Shown: piece by piece, positions 38,086 through 48,191 of the stretch
Position numbering within the stretch: position 1 is the stretch's first letter
Layout: each line of letters starts with the position of its first letter
Origin: Pseudomonadota bacterium
GTDB lineage: Bacteria; Bdellovibrionota_C; UBA2361; OMII01
Assembly: GCA_038134595.1 (NCBI GenBank)
Contig: JAYPVM010000008.1
Location: forward strand, 32,001-96,000
Reading direction: 5' to 3'
Length of the DNA stretch: 64,000 bases
Made by a program: the position numbers and the translations under genes
Notes under the pieces: model-generated
Seen by the model: only the letters and a program-made list of their open reading frames with translations
What the model was told of the DNA's origin: nothing
Database searches by the model: none

Positions 38086-38523
38086 TTACTTTACGCGCCG
38101 CAAATATGATGGTCTCTCTCGAGCCGTTGTTTTTCTTGGACGACGTAACTGTTGGCTAGGTGGTAGCTCGTCACTCTCTTGGGAGAGAACCATGTGAAGG
38201 ATTTCAGGTGGCGCGGCCTCAGCCCATACAAACTCCTCGCCTCTAACGGAGGAGGCTCCCCAGACACAATCCCATGGAATACAACAGAGGAAATACTCAG
38301 GGCCAAATAGAAGCTCTGCTTCGATACCTGCCTCTGAGGTTTTCATACTTCCCTTGAAAAATCGGCTAAGTCGCAACGTAACAGTACGGTTGTCCATTAG
38401 GTATTCAGGCAGTGAAACCTGACCATACGATGGATTGAGATGTACCAGAACTTGCTCATCATCGAGTAGCTTTTCAATAGTAGCTTTTTGACCTGTCTTG
38501 GTGCTTGAATCTGTTGTCATCAT
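38086..38523 (-). CDS. SspB-like ClpXP adaptor (stringent starvation protein B family)
   Basis: VSLPEYL, IEAELLFG..FLCCIPW..VWG, and C-terminal ClpX-binding-type tail RPSYLRRVK. Confidence 0.8.
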   Translation of the reverse strand: MMTTDSSTKTGQKATIEKLLDDEQVLVHLNPSYGQVSLPEYLMDNRTVTLRLSRFFKGSMKTSEAGIEAELLFGPEYFLCCIPWDCVWGASSVRGEEFVWAEAAPPEILHMVLSQESDELPPSQQLRRPRKTTARERPSYLRRVK

Positions 38524-39166
38524 GGAAAAAGCGCTCCGGCAACCTAGTAAATTTTAATCGACAAAAACCGCGTATCCGTCTGTTCTCTTTAACTCCCCGC
38601 GCATCTCTACGGGGTTTGTGCTATTGCATCCTTACCTTAATACCAGCGGAGTTGAGAAATGCGTTTAGCTCAATCATGTATCAAGTATAGATGCAGGTTG
38701 AGGGCCAGTAGCTTCGAGAGGTTGTGAAAACGAGGAAGAATGGACTAGCTTGTCTGCGTAATAGAGAGATTCGTTTGATTCGGTGAGGCAAATAATTGAC
38801 ACGAAATTACGATATGCAAACCCTTTGAATGTAGTGTAAGTACCTGTTTTTCTGTTGCTAATAAATCTCTATGAGCCGCACCACGTTGGAATTGTGAATA
38901 AACAAAGTTTGATCTGTATGGGGTGGTCGAGTGCGCTAGGTGGTACAAGAGCGAAAACAAAGAATAAAAAAAAGAGAAACAGGCAGGACCAGCGGCAGAA
39001 AGTGACGTGAGTAAGCATTTGTACAGGTGTTTGAATCCGTAGTCAGATCGTATATTGTGCTCACGCGTGCTTCGATACGGCTTGCCGGACATTTGGGTGT
39101 TACCTTCTTAAGGAGCGCATGCTTGTTGTCGTGTTTGTCAGTATATACGAGAGAGAAACAGATTGT

Positions 39167-40849
39167 ATGAATACATTACGTGTCACAAATAGCACCTGGT
39201 TTCGGAAGGAATTTTTTGTTGTCTTACTGTGTTCAATAATTCTTACTCTGCCGTGGATTGATCGTCCTTTTCATACTCGAGGTGAGCCTCGAGAGGCTCT
39301 TGTGGCTCAAGCAATGCTTGATACAGGAGATTGGATATCTCCGCAGGCATATGATGGGGCCGTACCATCAAAACCTCCCTTTTTGCACTGGTTGATAACG
39401 ATGTGCTCTCTTCCAGGAGGAGAGGTTACGGAAGCTACATGTCGATTGCCATCTGCGATCTCGTTCATCCTGTTTAGTGCGTTATTTTTCCAGTTTTTAG
39501 TAAAACGAACATCGAGTTTTGAAGCGTGTGCTACATCATTAATATTACTGAGTTGCTTTGAGTGGTTTCGCGGGGCAGTCACCTGCAGAGTGGATACGCT
39601 TCTTGCGGTCAGCATGTCCGGATGCCTGCTTGCATTGTATGCGTGGTGGGAAAAAAGATACCGGGGCGTACCGTGGGTGGCGATTGGTTTGGCAAGTTGT
39701 GCGACCCTCACAAAGGGGCCTGTAGGATTTGTTCTGCCCCTGGGAATACTTGCGCTGTTCTCGTTGCTACAAGATGGGTGCTCTCGAGAAAATCTTCGAA
39801 GACTTTTTTTTCGTTGCATCCTGATCGGCTTACCCACGATGGTAGTCAGCTCTGTATGGTATCTTTTAGGTTACCAACAAAGGGGAAATGTCTTTGTTGC
39901 AAAAGTCCTCTATGAAAATTTCGCCCGTTTTATGAGCACGATGGCCGATAAGCCCCATCAGCATTCGATGTGGTATCTGTTTGGTATGCTTCTTTTAGGA
40001 GTTCTACCATGGACAGTTCCCCTTTTGTCGCATTGTATTCGATTTAAGAAGCCTTGTTTGAGTAGTATTCGGGACCTGCGCCAGTGGTGGAATAGACAAG
40101 ACTCATTTTTTCAATTCTCACTTCTAAGTGTTCTTTGTGTAGTTTCGTTTTTTTGTATCCCGTCGAGCAAGCGGAGTGTATATTTGCTTCCAGCATATCC
40201 TTTTATCGCGTTTCTTATCTGTAGAGTGTTGTTAGCGATCGATGCACGTGTCACTTCGGTTATGCACTGGACCCGTAGGGTGATTGGAGTTGCTGTGATT
40301 TGTACCTGTATTATCGCACTTGGCTCTGAGTGGTATACAATTAGTGGCTTCTCAGTAAAGCTTCGGGATTTGTACGAGACCTTAAGTCCTCTAAAGGTGA
40401 GCGTTTGTGTTGGCGCGGGATTACTATTGATTCGGATGTTCCGGTCTGAAGCAGTTTTTCAAACCGCTTCTATACGACTTGCACTGAGCATGATCGGAGC
40501 GGTGGCCCTCGCTAGCTTCGCTGTTTACGATACGGTAGCTCGAGTGATGTCGCCTAAGAGTTGGTATAGAGATGCCGCTATTACAGCGCTCGAAGAGGTT
40601 AACCCCTCGCGGAGTTGGTTCTCGTACGGGATTGAGATGTACGGAGCAAGCTTCTATCTTCATAGACCATTTCAGCGAATTGAAGGAAAGAATGCGTTAG
40701 TAGGGGATGTGGTATTTACACAGCGGCGGCACATCGAGAACCTACAAAGGGAGCATCCGTATGTCTTTCGCGAGGTCTTGTCGTATCGTAGCGGTGTAGA
40801 GAAACCGAAGAAGGAACGGGTCGTTTTAGAGATAACGGCATTACGCTAG
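39167..40849 (+). CDS. ArnT/PMT-family membrane glycosyltransferase
   Basis: GEPREA..A..M..GDW, KPPFLHW, R.D, LTKGPVG, SKRSVYLLPAYP; many TM helices. Confidence 0.9.
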   Translation: MNTLRVTNSTWFRKEFFVVLLCSIILTLPWIDRPFHTRGEPREALVAQAMLDTGDWISPQAYDGAVPSKPPFLHWLITMCSLPGGEVTEATCRLPSAISFILFSALFFQFLVKRTSSFEACATSLILLSCFEWFRGAVTCRVDTLLAVSMSGCLLALYAWWEKRYRGVPWVAIGLASCATLTKGPVGFVLPLGILALFSLLQDGCSRENLRRLFFRCILIGLPTMVVSSVWYLLGYQQRGNVFVAKVLYENFARFMSTMADKPHQHSMWYLFGMLLLGVLPWTVPLLSHCIRFKKPCLSSIRDLRQWWNRQDSFFQFSLLSVLCVVSFFCIPSSKRSVYLLPAYPFIAFLICRVLLAIDARVTSVMHWTRRVIGVAVICTCIIALGSEWYTISGFSVKLRDLYETLSPLKVSVCVGAGLLLIRMFRSEAVFQTASIRLALSMIGAVALASFAVYDTVARVMSPKSWYRDAAITALEEVNPSRSWFSYGIEMYGASFYLHRPFQRIEGKNALVGDVVFTQRRHIENLQREHPYVFREVLSYRSGVEKPKKERVVLEITALR

Positions 40850-40900
40850 TATAGATAAATCCTCATTTGCACCTAAAGAGCTAGGTGATACCCTGTTTCC

Positions 40901-42448
40901 ATGGGTGAGAGTGATAAGAGTCAATTGGTGCACAATATCGCGCGGGCTAAGCGTGTTCAAAGAGCTATAACCCAAGATTGGGATATGATCATAATCGGCG
41001 GTGGTATCCACGGCATGGCCCTTGCCGTTCTTTCTTCACAAATGGGCTACAAGACGCTTCTTTTGGAGCGAAACGATTATGCCAGCGCAACATCAAGTAG
41101 AAGCTCTAAGATGGCGCATGGTGGCTTGCGCTATTTAGAGATGTTTGATTTTCAGCAGGTCTTTGAGGGGATTGCATGTAGGGAAGATCTCTTTGTGAAG
41201 GCACCACATCTTGTGCGGCCCGAGAAGTTTTTGATTCCAGTCTACAAAGGCGATTGGTGGTTTCGGTTGAAACTTCATATCGGGTTGTGGTTGTACGATC
41301 GTATGGTGAAAAGTCCAGAGCGAAGGCATCGTTGGATTCCAGAGGTTGGACTTGATTCAGAGCTCTTTGGGCAAGCACATCAGAAGTTAAGGGGCGCATT
41401 TGAATACACCGATGGCTTGATGAAGGATGCGCGTTTAGTGTTTGAGCTGCTGGTTGCTGCGGAACAGCGCGGGTGTTGTGCGCTCAATCATGCCGAGGTC
41501 GTTCGTATAGACCAAGATGACCAATGTCGGCGAGCAAGAGTACAGTGGAGGGATAATTTGACAGCAGAGACCTATTCATCTACTGCAAGCGTCGTATTTA
41601 ATTGCGCGGGGCCGTGGGCGCCACACATTCAAGAAAGTGAGGCAAAGGGCAATGGATATCCGGTGAAATATAGTAGGGGATCCCACCTGATATTTTCAAA
41701 GCCCTGGAACTTTCCATCACTGTTTTTGCCGCTGTCAGAAAAGGGCCGGTACTATTTTGTTTGGCCGCATGTGCGGGGCACGATGGTAGGAACAACTGAG
41801 CGTGAGGTGAAGGTGCTCGATAGCGATCCAGTGCCATCGAAGGATGAAGAGCAAGAGATTTTAGACCGCCTGCAAAAAGACCTGCCTCACCATGGACTAA
41901 CAAAAGATTGTTTGGTCTCCTCCTTCGCCGGAGTTAGGATTCTACCGATGCGAGATCGGACAAAACGAGTGGGCGCACTCTCACGAAAGCACATATGGGA
42001 TGTGCGCCAGCAGATGTTTTCTCTAATTGGAGGAAAGTACACTTCATTTGCGTGGACTGTTCGGGAGGGAATGAAGTTATTTCTTCAAACGATCGGGGCG
42101 TCTCTTAAGAATATCCCTTCTCCAATTGAAAATTTGCCCGGATATATAACGGAGTCAGAACGCGCTCTATTGATTAAGACGTTACATGAGCAATATCCAG
42201 CAAACAAAAAGGCGATTTTGAGAGCTGTGGAGCGTCTTGGAGCTCAGGTCTTGCGATACTCGGATAGGGCAGAGGCGTGGGAGGAGATTTGTCCAGGAGT
42301 ACTTATGTTAGAAGTCTTGCATGCTATGGAGTGTGAACATGCCTGTTCTCTCGAGGGGGTAGTCAGGTGGCGATTAGAGTTAGAAACAACCTCTGACTGT
42401 AGCTCTGAAGAGGTATTCAAGAAAATTGGGAAAATGGTTGAGGGGTAG
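40901..42448 (+). CDS. glpD: FAD-dependent glycerol-3-phosphate dehydrogenase
   Basis: DMIIIGGGIHG, SATSSRSSKMAHGGLRYLE, NCAGPW, GSHL, VGTTE, GGKYT. Confidence 0.9.
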   Translation: MGESDKSQLVHNIARAKRVQRAITQDWDMIIIGGGIHGMALAVLSSQMGYKTLLLERNDYASATSSRSSKMAHGGLRYLEMFDFQQVFEGIACREDLFVKAPHLVRPEKFLIPVYKGDWWFRLKLHIGLWLYDRMVKSPERRHRWIPEVGLDSELFGQAHQKLRGAFEYTDGLMKDARLVFELLVAAEQRGCCALNHAEVVRIDQDDQCRRARVQWRDNLTAETYSSTASVVFNCAGPWAPHIQESEAKGNGYPVKYSRGSHLIFSKPWNFPSLFLPLSEKGRYYFVWPHVRGTMVGTTEREVKVLDSDPVPSKDEEQEILDRLQKDLPHHGLTKDCLVSSFAGVRILPMRDRTKRVGALSRKHIWDVRQQMFSLIGGKYTSFAWTVREGMKLFLQTIGASLKNIPSPIENLPGYITESERALLIKTLHEQYPANKKAILRAVERLGAQVLRYSDRAEAWEEICPGVLMLEVLHAMECEHACSLEGVVRWRLELETTSDCSSEEVFKKIGKMVEG

Positions 42449-42538
42449 GTTATACACAGCACCTACAATCGTTAACCTTGATAGTGTTGTGATTAGGAGG
42501 AGTGGATAGCTGGCTGTGAGGGTGTATAAATAAGACAC

Positions 42539-42570
42539 AAAAAAACCGAGCATTCAATGGCTCGGTTTTT
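42539..42570 (-). terminator. Bidirectional Rho-independent terminator between glpD and rpsN
   Basis: AAAAACCGAGC-N8-GCTCGGTTTTT with A and T tracts on both sides. Confidence 0.88.
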
Positions 42571-42592
42571 ATCAAAGCTATGTAGTGTTAGA

Positions 42593-42898
42593 TTACCAGC
42601 TTGACTTGGTCACTCCAGGTATGAGCCCTTTGTGAGCCATCTCTCGGAACGTGATCCTAGAAAGCATAAAGCGCTTGTAGATACCACGTCCACGCCCTGT
42701 AAGTTGACACCGGTTTCGAACTCGCTCTTTAGCTCCATTTCTTGGAAGAGCTTGAAGCTTTAGTCTAGCCCTGTAGCGATCCTCATCTGAAAGTTGTGGG
42801 TCAATGGCTTTCTCTCTAAGCTCTTTACGAAGCTCATACTGCTTTGCAGCCATTTTAATTCGTTTATCGTTTCTATTAGATACGCTTTTCTTTGCCAT
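42593..42898 (-). CDS. rpsN: 30S ribosomal protein S14, long zinc-independent type
   Basis: MAKKS.., LQALPRN, RNRCQLTGRGRG, LSRITFREMA..G.IPGVTKSSW. 101 aa with a single Cys. Confidence 0.97.
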   Translation of the reverse strand: MAKKSVSNRNDKRIKMAAKQYELRKELREKAIDPQLSDEDRYRARLKLQALPRNGAKERVRNRCQLTGRGRGIYKRFMLSRITFREMAHKGLIPGVTKSSW

Positions 42899-43138
42899 AA
42901 TAAAAAATCTGTGTACTACGTATTATCAACTTCTGTTGCTTATCGTCGTAAATTTGTTCTGCGGGCCCGTGACGATAACAACGAGCCTAACCACGCGATA
43001 CTAAGACATTTCTGCTGAAAAAGCCAACCTCCTTGGTATCTACTAGCGAGGGCAGATGATAGCATAACGGCAAAGGATGTCTAGTAAGAGCTAAACGCCT
43101 AAAACTACAAGGTGTTTTAGTAAATTGCTAGCGCGCTT

Positions 43139-43984
43139 CTATCCCAAGAACCCAATCAACGTATCTATCTCACTTCGAGCTCCCTCGGGAGTAGCAAGGG
43201 CAGGGGTCTCTAGGATAAATGGAATTGGAGCAAGCTTTGGATGGGTAAATACCGCTTGCAATGCCTCACGCCCTATAAGCCCATGACCTATATTCTCGTG
43301 CCGGTCTCTCTTGCTACCGCACTCAGTTTTGCTGTCGTTTAAGTGGATAGACCACACTTTTTCAAATCCAAATGCCTGTTCGATATTGTCGATGACACCC
43401 TCTAAGTTGTTTGCGAGGTCATAACCACTGGCCCACATGTGCTGGGTGTCTAATCCAAAGCCTACGAGCTCCTTTCGCTCTATCTGACTGTATATGAGTG
43501 AGAGTTCCTCTAGTTCATCACCAATGATACTACCTGCGCCTGCGGCTACCTCCATTATCAGGCGACTGTTTGCGGGGGCTTTTTCCAAGATGGCATTTAA
43601 ACCCGATACCACGCGGTCATATCCTGACTCCTCGTCTGGCTGGTCTTTCATACTTCCCACGTGAAAAATGACTCCAGAGCCGTTAATTCTGGCACTTAAG
43701 TCCAGGTAGTGGCTAAGAGAGTTTTTGGCGAGCTGAAACTTGCGGGGATCTGGGGTAGCCATATTGATAAGATAGATTGCGTGAAAGAATACGTGCTCTA
43801 GGCATGAGCCTTCCTTTGTGGCCAGAAACGCATCTTCTACCCCTTCTGCAAAGGGGTTTGTGTTCCACCGTTGAGGAGGAGAGGGGTGTATCTGAATGGT
43901 GTTAATGGATAAATCAATCGCAGCTTTGGCCGCATTGACCAAACCGCCAGCACATGACACGTGAGCGCCAAAATATCGTTTCAT
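43139..43984 (-). CDS. nfo: Endonuclease IV
   Basis: GAHVS, HAIYLIN, FHVGS, LDTQH, HLNDSK..GSKRDRHE, ILETP. Confidence 0.96.
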   Translation of the reverse strand: MKRYFGAHVSCAGGLVNAAKAAIDLSINTIQIHPSPPQRWNTNPFAEGVEDAFLATKEGSCLEHVFFHAIYLINMATPDPRKFQLAKNSLSHYLDLSARINGSGVIFHVGSMKDQPDEESGYDRVVSGLNAILEKAPANSRLIMEVAAGAGSIIGDELEELSLIYSQIERKELVGFGLDTQHMWASGYDLANNLEGVIDNIEQAFGFEKVWSIHLNDSKTECGSKRDRHENIGHGLIGREALQAVFTHPKLAPIPFILETPALATPEGARSEIDTLIGFLG

Positions 43985-44137
43985 CTTAAGCTCCTCTGAT
44001 TTTATTTTCAGTGCCTTAGTGTTTATGACAATTAGTGTTTATTACAATCTGTAAAACCCTAAAAAGTTGGGGGTTTCACCTCCACGTGAGTATTTTATAC
44101 TAGCGCTACTTAAGGGGATAAGTCGAGAGAATGGTGT

Positions 44138-44941
44138 ATGATACGAAGTATTTTATTGATAAGCCTTGGTGCTCTTATCGGAGGAGCGGCGAGTTTTTAT
44201 TTGGCGGATTTTTCAGAAGACACTCGTAGAAAACCATCGGAGGAACTGGCGACGTCGTTAGCGTCTTGTCAGACAAAGTTAGTCGAGCAGGAGCGGACAA
44301 TTGTTTCTCTGACGCAATCGGCCGTTCATGCTCCAACTGAATGTGCTGTTCCAACGAGTGAGCACCCTGCTCGGGAGGTTCAATCCCATTCCGCGGAAGC
44401 TGATTCGGTCATGCATGCACAAGCGATTGCGTGGAGGATCTCTTCGATTGAAAAATTTCTTCCCCTAACAGACGAACAAAAAGAGCGTCTGGAGCAAAAG
44501 TATACCGAGGAGCAGCAGGCACGCTCGGAGGATAGAGAAAGCGATGCTGAGACCCTTGATGATATTCTTGGAGTTGAAAGTGCAACGACATATCGCACCC
44601 AAGTTAAGGCGGCTTTTGAACGAGTTCAAAATGAGGAGCTAGAGAAAGAGGTGCTGTGGACTTCGCGAAAGCTCTCGCTTAATGAAGACCAGGAGCGAGC
44701 ACTTCAAGCCGCTTTTGCCGATGTCGAAATGGCTCTAAAGGGTGAATTTAGAGCGCTGATAGCCGCGGCACAAACCCCTGCTGAGCGGGTGACGCTGATG
44801 ATTCAAGAAAACAAGAAGCGAAGGCAACTACGTGCAGAATTGGTGAAAGATTCACTCTCCCCTGAGCAGTATCAAGCGTTTCTTGCCTTAGAAGCTCAAT
44901 CGGCTTCAGCGGATATGGAGGTTTTTCATGAACCAAGTTAG
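44138..44941 (+). CDS. Hypothetical membrane-anchored helical protein
   Basis: N-terminal hydrophobic anchor, coiled coil, repeated LTDEQ/LNEDQ/LSPEQ helices. Confidence 0.75.
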   Translation: MIRSILLISLGALIGGAASFYLADFSEDTRRKPSEELATSLASCQTKLVEQERTIVSLTQSAVHAPTECAVPTSEHPAREVQSHSAEADSVMHAQAIAWRISSIEKFLPLTDEQKERLEQKYTEEQQARSEDRESDAETLDDILGVESATTYRTQVKAAFERVQNEELEKEVLWTSRKLSLNEDQERALQAAFADVEMALKGEFRALIAAAQTPAERVTLMIQENKKRRQLRAELVKDSLSPEQYQAFLALEAQSASADMEVFHEPS

Positions 44942-45000
44942 ACAAAAAACCTTGGCTTGCAATAAAGCTGGTTTAGTTGGTGATTCTGGAGGGGCGCCAT

Positions 45001-45561
45001 ATGGAGATTCTCGATGAGATCGTGATGTCATTTACGGGCTCCTTTGGTGCTTTTGTTGTTGTTGCTCTTTGGATGCTTTCCATGGTCGTTTCATGGATTT
45101 GTTTTATTAGGGATTCTTTCACTGTAAGCTGGAAGTGGGGTTTCTGTTGCTTGCTAATGCCGTTTCCGAGTATTTTTATTGCTACCGTGGCTTTTTATGA
45201 AAGAATGAAGTTATCGGTGCTTCTCGTGTTGACATTGTTCATGGCAGTAACGGAATTAGCTATCCTGCGTGCTCTACTTCGTTCTTTGTATGTGCCACAG
45301 GCATTTAAATTTGGCGAAGTTTTGCCTCTGTGTGTATTGCTACTTCCTCAACTTTTGTTGACGTTGCTGAGCTTGCGTATCCGTTGGATGTGGGGTGTAT
45401 TGTGTTTGCTTGCCCCATTTCCAGCCGCCACGATTTTTGCGAAGCGGTTCTATAAACATGCGAAGATTGCGGTTCTTGCAACTGTACTTATCGCCTCGGG
45501 TTTCTCGGCGTTTGTAATCTATGGCGGTATGCTAGGATTGCTTTATCGCGCGAGCTATTAG
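45001..45561 (+). CDS. Hypothetical integral membrane protein with internal duplication
   Basis: SD GGAGG before ATG 45001, hydrophobic throughout, two copies of W.WG..CLL.PFP. Confidence 0.7.
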   Translation: MEILDEIVMSFTGSFGAFVVVALWMLSMVVSWICFIRDSFTVSWKWGFCCLLMPFPSIFIATVAFYERMKLSVLLVLTLFMAVTELAILRALLRSLYVPQAFKFGEVLPLCVLLLPQLLLTLLSLRIRWMWGVLCLLAPFPAATIFAKRFYKHAKIAVLATVLIASGFSAFVIYGGMLGLLYRASY

Positions 45562-45576
45562 CGGTAGCAATTGGCA

Positions 45577-46215
45577 TTAGAGTTGTTTGATAAAGACTTT
45601 ATAATCTTTCATCCCTGTCCTAATAACTCGATGTGCCATCGCCTTGTCGTAGGTTTGTGCGACCTCGACGGGAGGAGCTTTTTGAGTTCCGGGGATTTCT
45701 TTGTAGGTAAGAAAGTAGTGTAGTAGCCTATCGATGACAGTCTGTGGGAGATCTGAAATGTCTCTCATGCCACCGTAGACGCCATCTCCCTCCAAGACAG
45801 CGATTATCTTATCGTCTGCTTCAGTGCCATCAATGAGTTGAAATCCACCGAGAGGCCGCGCTCGAACGAGAATATCGCCCTGAGCGATGACGCAATCAGC
45901 GAGCACGCAGATGTCGATGGGATCTCCATCTCCCTTGATCTTTCGGGGGGATGGGAGTGAGTTGGAACACAATGTTCCAACACCATCGCCAGAATACGTC
46001 TGAGGAATAAAGCCATAGAGCGAAGGGCAGTGATTCGAGTATTTTTGCGGTCTATCAACGGTGAGGATGCCGGAAGACTTATCTATCTCAAATTTCACGG
46101 TATCGGTAGGAACGATTTCGATATAGCAGGTGATAACCTCCGGAGCATCATCACCGACAGAGATGCCATGCCAAGGGTGAGCTCTTGCCTGAGGAAATTT
46201 GTTCATACTGCTCAT
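45577..46215 (-). CDS. ppa: Family I inorganic pyrophosphatase
   Basis: HPWHG, VDRP, YGFIPQTY, GDGDPIDI, EADDKIIAV, HYFLTYK. Start may be ATG 46206. Confidence 0.95.
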   Translation of the reverse strand: MSSMNKFPQARAHPWHGISVGDDAPEVITCYIEIVPTDTVKFEIDKSSGILTVDRPQKYSNHCPSLYGFIPQTYSGDGVGTLCSNSLPSPRKIKGDGDPIDICVLADCVIAQGDILVRARPLGGFQLIDGTEADDKIIAVLEGDGVYGGMRDISDLPQTVIDRLLHYFLTYKEIPGTQKAPPVEVAQTYDKAMAHRVIRTGMKDYKVFIKQL

Positions 46216-46297
46216 AGTACGCTTATCGTGAGAAACACGCGAGGCAAAATCGGTGGGAGTGTTGCAGAAGTGCAGGTTTCTCGTAGCGGGAGTGCCG

Positions 46298-47356
46298 TCA
46301 GTGAGCGCGTATACCGCAGACAGTAAGTTCGTTTTTATTGTGAGTTAGCTGTTTCGCGTCAAACCATGCAGTGTGTTTGGAGAGAAAGGTCAATGTTTCG
46401 TTGATTGTTTGAAAATCTGGAGTGCCTTGGCACTTAATTGTTACACAGAAGTTCTGACACCACGAGTTTGTAACCCAGGAAGTTAGAATAGACTGTGTGT
46501 TTTGAGGGGTGGTGATAACATCACACACAAGCCATGAGACTGGCGAAGGTGGAGACCACGTTAGCGCGTTCCCTTTGATCCAGCTAATTGCGGAGCTTTT
46601 CATTAGTGAGGGATCGAGGGGGCTCCGATCGAGTGCGGTAACCTGTAATCCAGCCTTTTGGAGAACGTATGTCCATCCTCCCGGAGAGGCTCCGAGATCT
46701 ACGGCTGTTTGGCCCCTTGAGAATGTAAGTCCAAATGTGCATATCGCTTCTTCTAATTTCTTAAATGCACGTGAGGGGGGACTCTTATTGTCGTCAATAG
46801 CCACGTATCCAGCTCTGTGTGTAGACAGTGCGGCACCGTAGATATTCCGTTCTTCCTCGGTTGTAACGGACATGAAACCTTTCTCATCAGAGATGCATAA
46901 AACTTGGACAATAGACTGCGCAGAACCATTCTCTTCTTGAAGAGAGCGAAGGAGGCTTCTGCGCTTGGCTTTTAGGGTGCTGATGACCCGTTCTTCGATA
47001 AGTCTCGCACGCCCGTATTGCTCACCTGTTTCAGAGCTCTTGGGAGAAAAGACATGTAGTTTCCATCCCTTTACTAAAGTTTGTTCATGCTCCACAAGGT
47101 GTCGAACGATTGTTTCTGACCACTGAGAGATGCTGTGTTCCTGAATGAGAATAGAGGAGGGAAGGATTTGACGAGCAAAGCACAGCGGAATTGCGAAGAT
47201 CTTACCATCGTGTACACTTGGGATTGAAACGACCTGCGAAGCGAGTACAGAGCAGGAAGCGGTAGGAGTCCTCAAGGCTATTTCTTGTACGATGTACTCC
47301 TCCTGTCCGGGACGAGTAACGCATATATGAGATGTTTTTTGAGATGTAGAGACCAT
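46298..47356 (-). CDS. rlmM: RlmM-like 23S rRNA 2'-O-methyltransferase (FtsJ family)
   Basis: TRPGQE, FARQ, PPSRAFKKLEEA, AVDLGASPGGWT, WLVCDV, KQLTHNKNELT. Start placed at ATG 47356. Confidence 0.82.
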   Translation of the reverse strand: MVSTSQKTSHICVTRPGQEEYIVQEIALRTPTASCSVLASQVVSIPSVHDGKIFAIPLCFARQILPSSILIQEHSISQWSETIVRHLVEHEQTLVKGWKLHVFSPKSSETGEQYGRARLIEERVISTLKAKRRSLLRSLQEENGSAQSIVQVLCISDEKGFMSVTTEEERNIYGAALSTHRAGYVAIDDNKSPPSRAFKKLEEAICTFGLTFSRGQTAVDLGASPGGWTYVLQKAGLQVTALDRSPLDPSLMKSSAISWIKGNALTWSPPSPVSWLVCDVITTPQNTQSILTSWVTNSWCQNFCVTIKCQGTPDFQTINETLTFLSKHTAWFDAKQLTHNKNELTVCGIRAH

Positions 47357-48191
47357 GGCAGAACGATATAGACAAAAGAAGGTTAGCACAGCCTCAAAAA
47401 AACAGCGAGGCGTCGGCAAGCCGCAAGCTAAAAAAACAAATAAGGAATCCAAACAGGGTGCGAAAAGTATAATACTCTTTGGCATTAAAGCCTGTCGAGC
47501 GGTGTTTGAGCAGCGTCCACAAGCTATTAATCGCGTATGTGTGCTACGCGAGAGGCTGGAAGAATTTCATGATGTGAGCCTATGGTGTCGAAAGAATCGA
47601 CGTGCTTTTAAGGAAGTCAAGGTAGACGAGTTGCGCCGCATCGCTGGTAGTGAGCACCATGAAGGAGTTGTATTTGATATCAAGCCCAAGCCACAAACGA
47701 CTCTGGAGAAGATGCTTAAATCGACGCAACAATTGAATAAGCCATCATGCATCGTTGTGTTAGAAGGTGTTGAGAACCCACATAACATCGGGGCAATTGT
47801 AAGAACGGCATGCTTTTTTGGAGCAACTGGTATTGTTGTTGTCGATAGCGAGGCTTCTGCACTTTCGAGTGCTGCGTATCGAATTGCAGAGGGAGCGCTT
47901 GAACAGATTTCAGTGGTTGCAGAATCTGATGCGCTTTCAGTAATGCGGGCATTACAAGATGCTGGTTACGCGCTCTATGCCACGACGCCGCATGAGGCTA
48001 CTTCATTGTATTCAATTACGTGGCCTTCAAAAACAGCGGTGTTTTTTGGGGCTGAGCGAGACGGATTAAGCCCGGTGCTTTTAGAGCAAATCACTAATCG
48101 AGTTGTTATCCCTCGCAAAGGCATACTGGAGAGTCTCAACGTTGGAGCGGCGGTGGCGTCTGTATTAACCGAGATAAACCGAGGTCAGTGA
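47355..48191 (+). CDS. TrmH/SpoU-family RNA 2'-O-methyltransferase
   Basis: HHEGV, LEGVENPHNIGAIVRTA, FGAERDGLS, IP..G.LESLNVG; basic N-terminal extension. Confidence 0.93.
   Translation: MAERYRQKKVSTASKKQRGVGKPQAKKTNKESKQGAKSIILFGIKACRAVFEQRPQAINRVCVLRERLEEFHDVSLWCRKNRRAFKEVKVDELRRIAGSEHHEGVVFDIKPKPQTTLEKMLKSTQQLNKPSCIVVLEGVENPHNIGAIVRTACFFGATGIVVVDSEASALSSAAYRIAEGALEQISVVAESDALSVMRALQDAGYALYATTPHEATSLYSITWPSKTAVFFGAERDGLSPVLLEQITNRVVIPRKGILESLNVGAAVASVLTEINRGQ

Noticed and set aside
38745..39092. 115-aa minus-strand ORF in the sspB-arnT gap
   Set aside because: No motif or SD and the composition reflects simple A/T runs. Probably spurious; I also saw no convincing RNA structure there.
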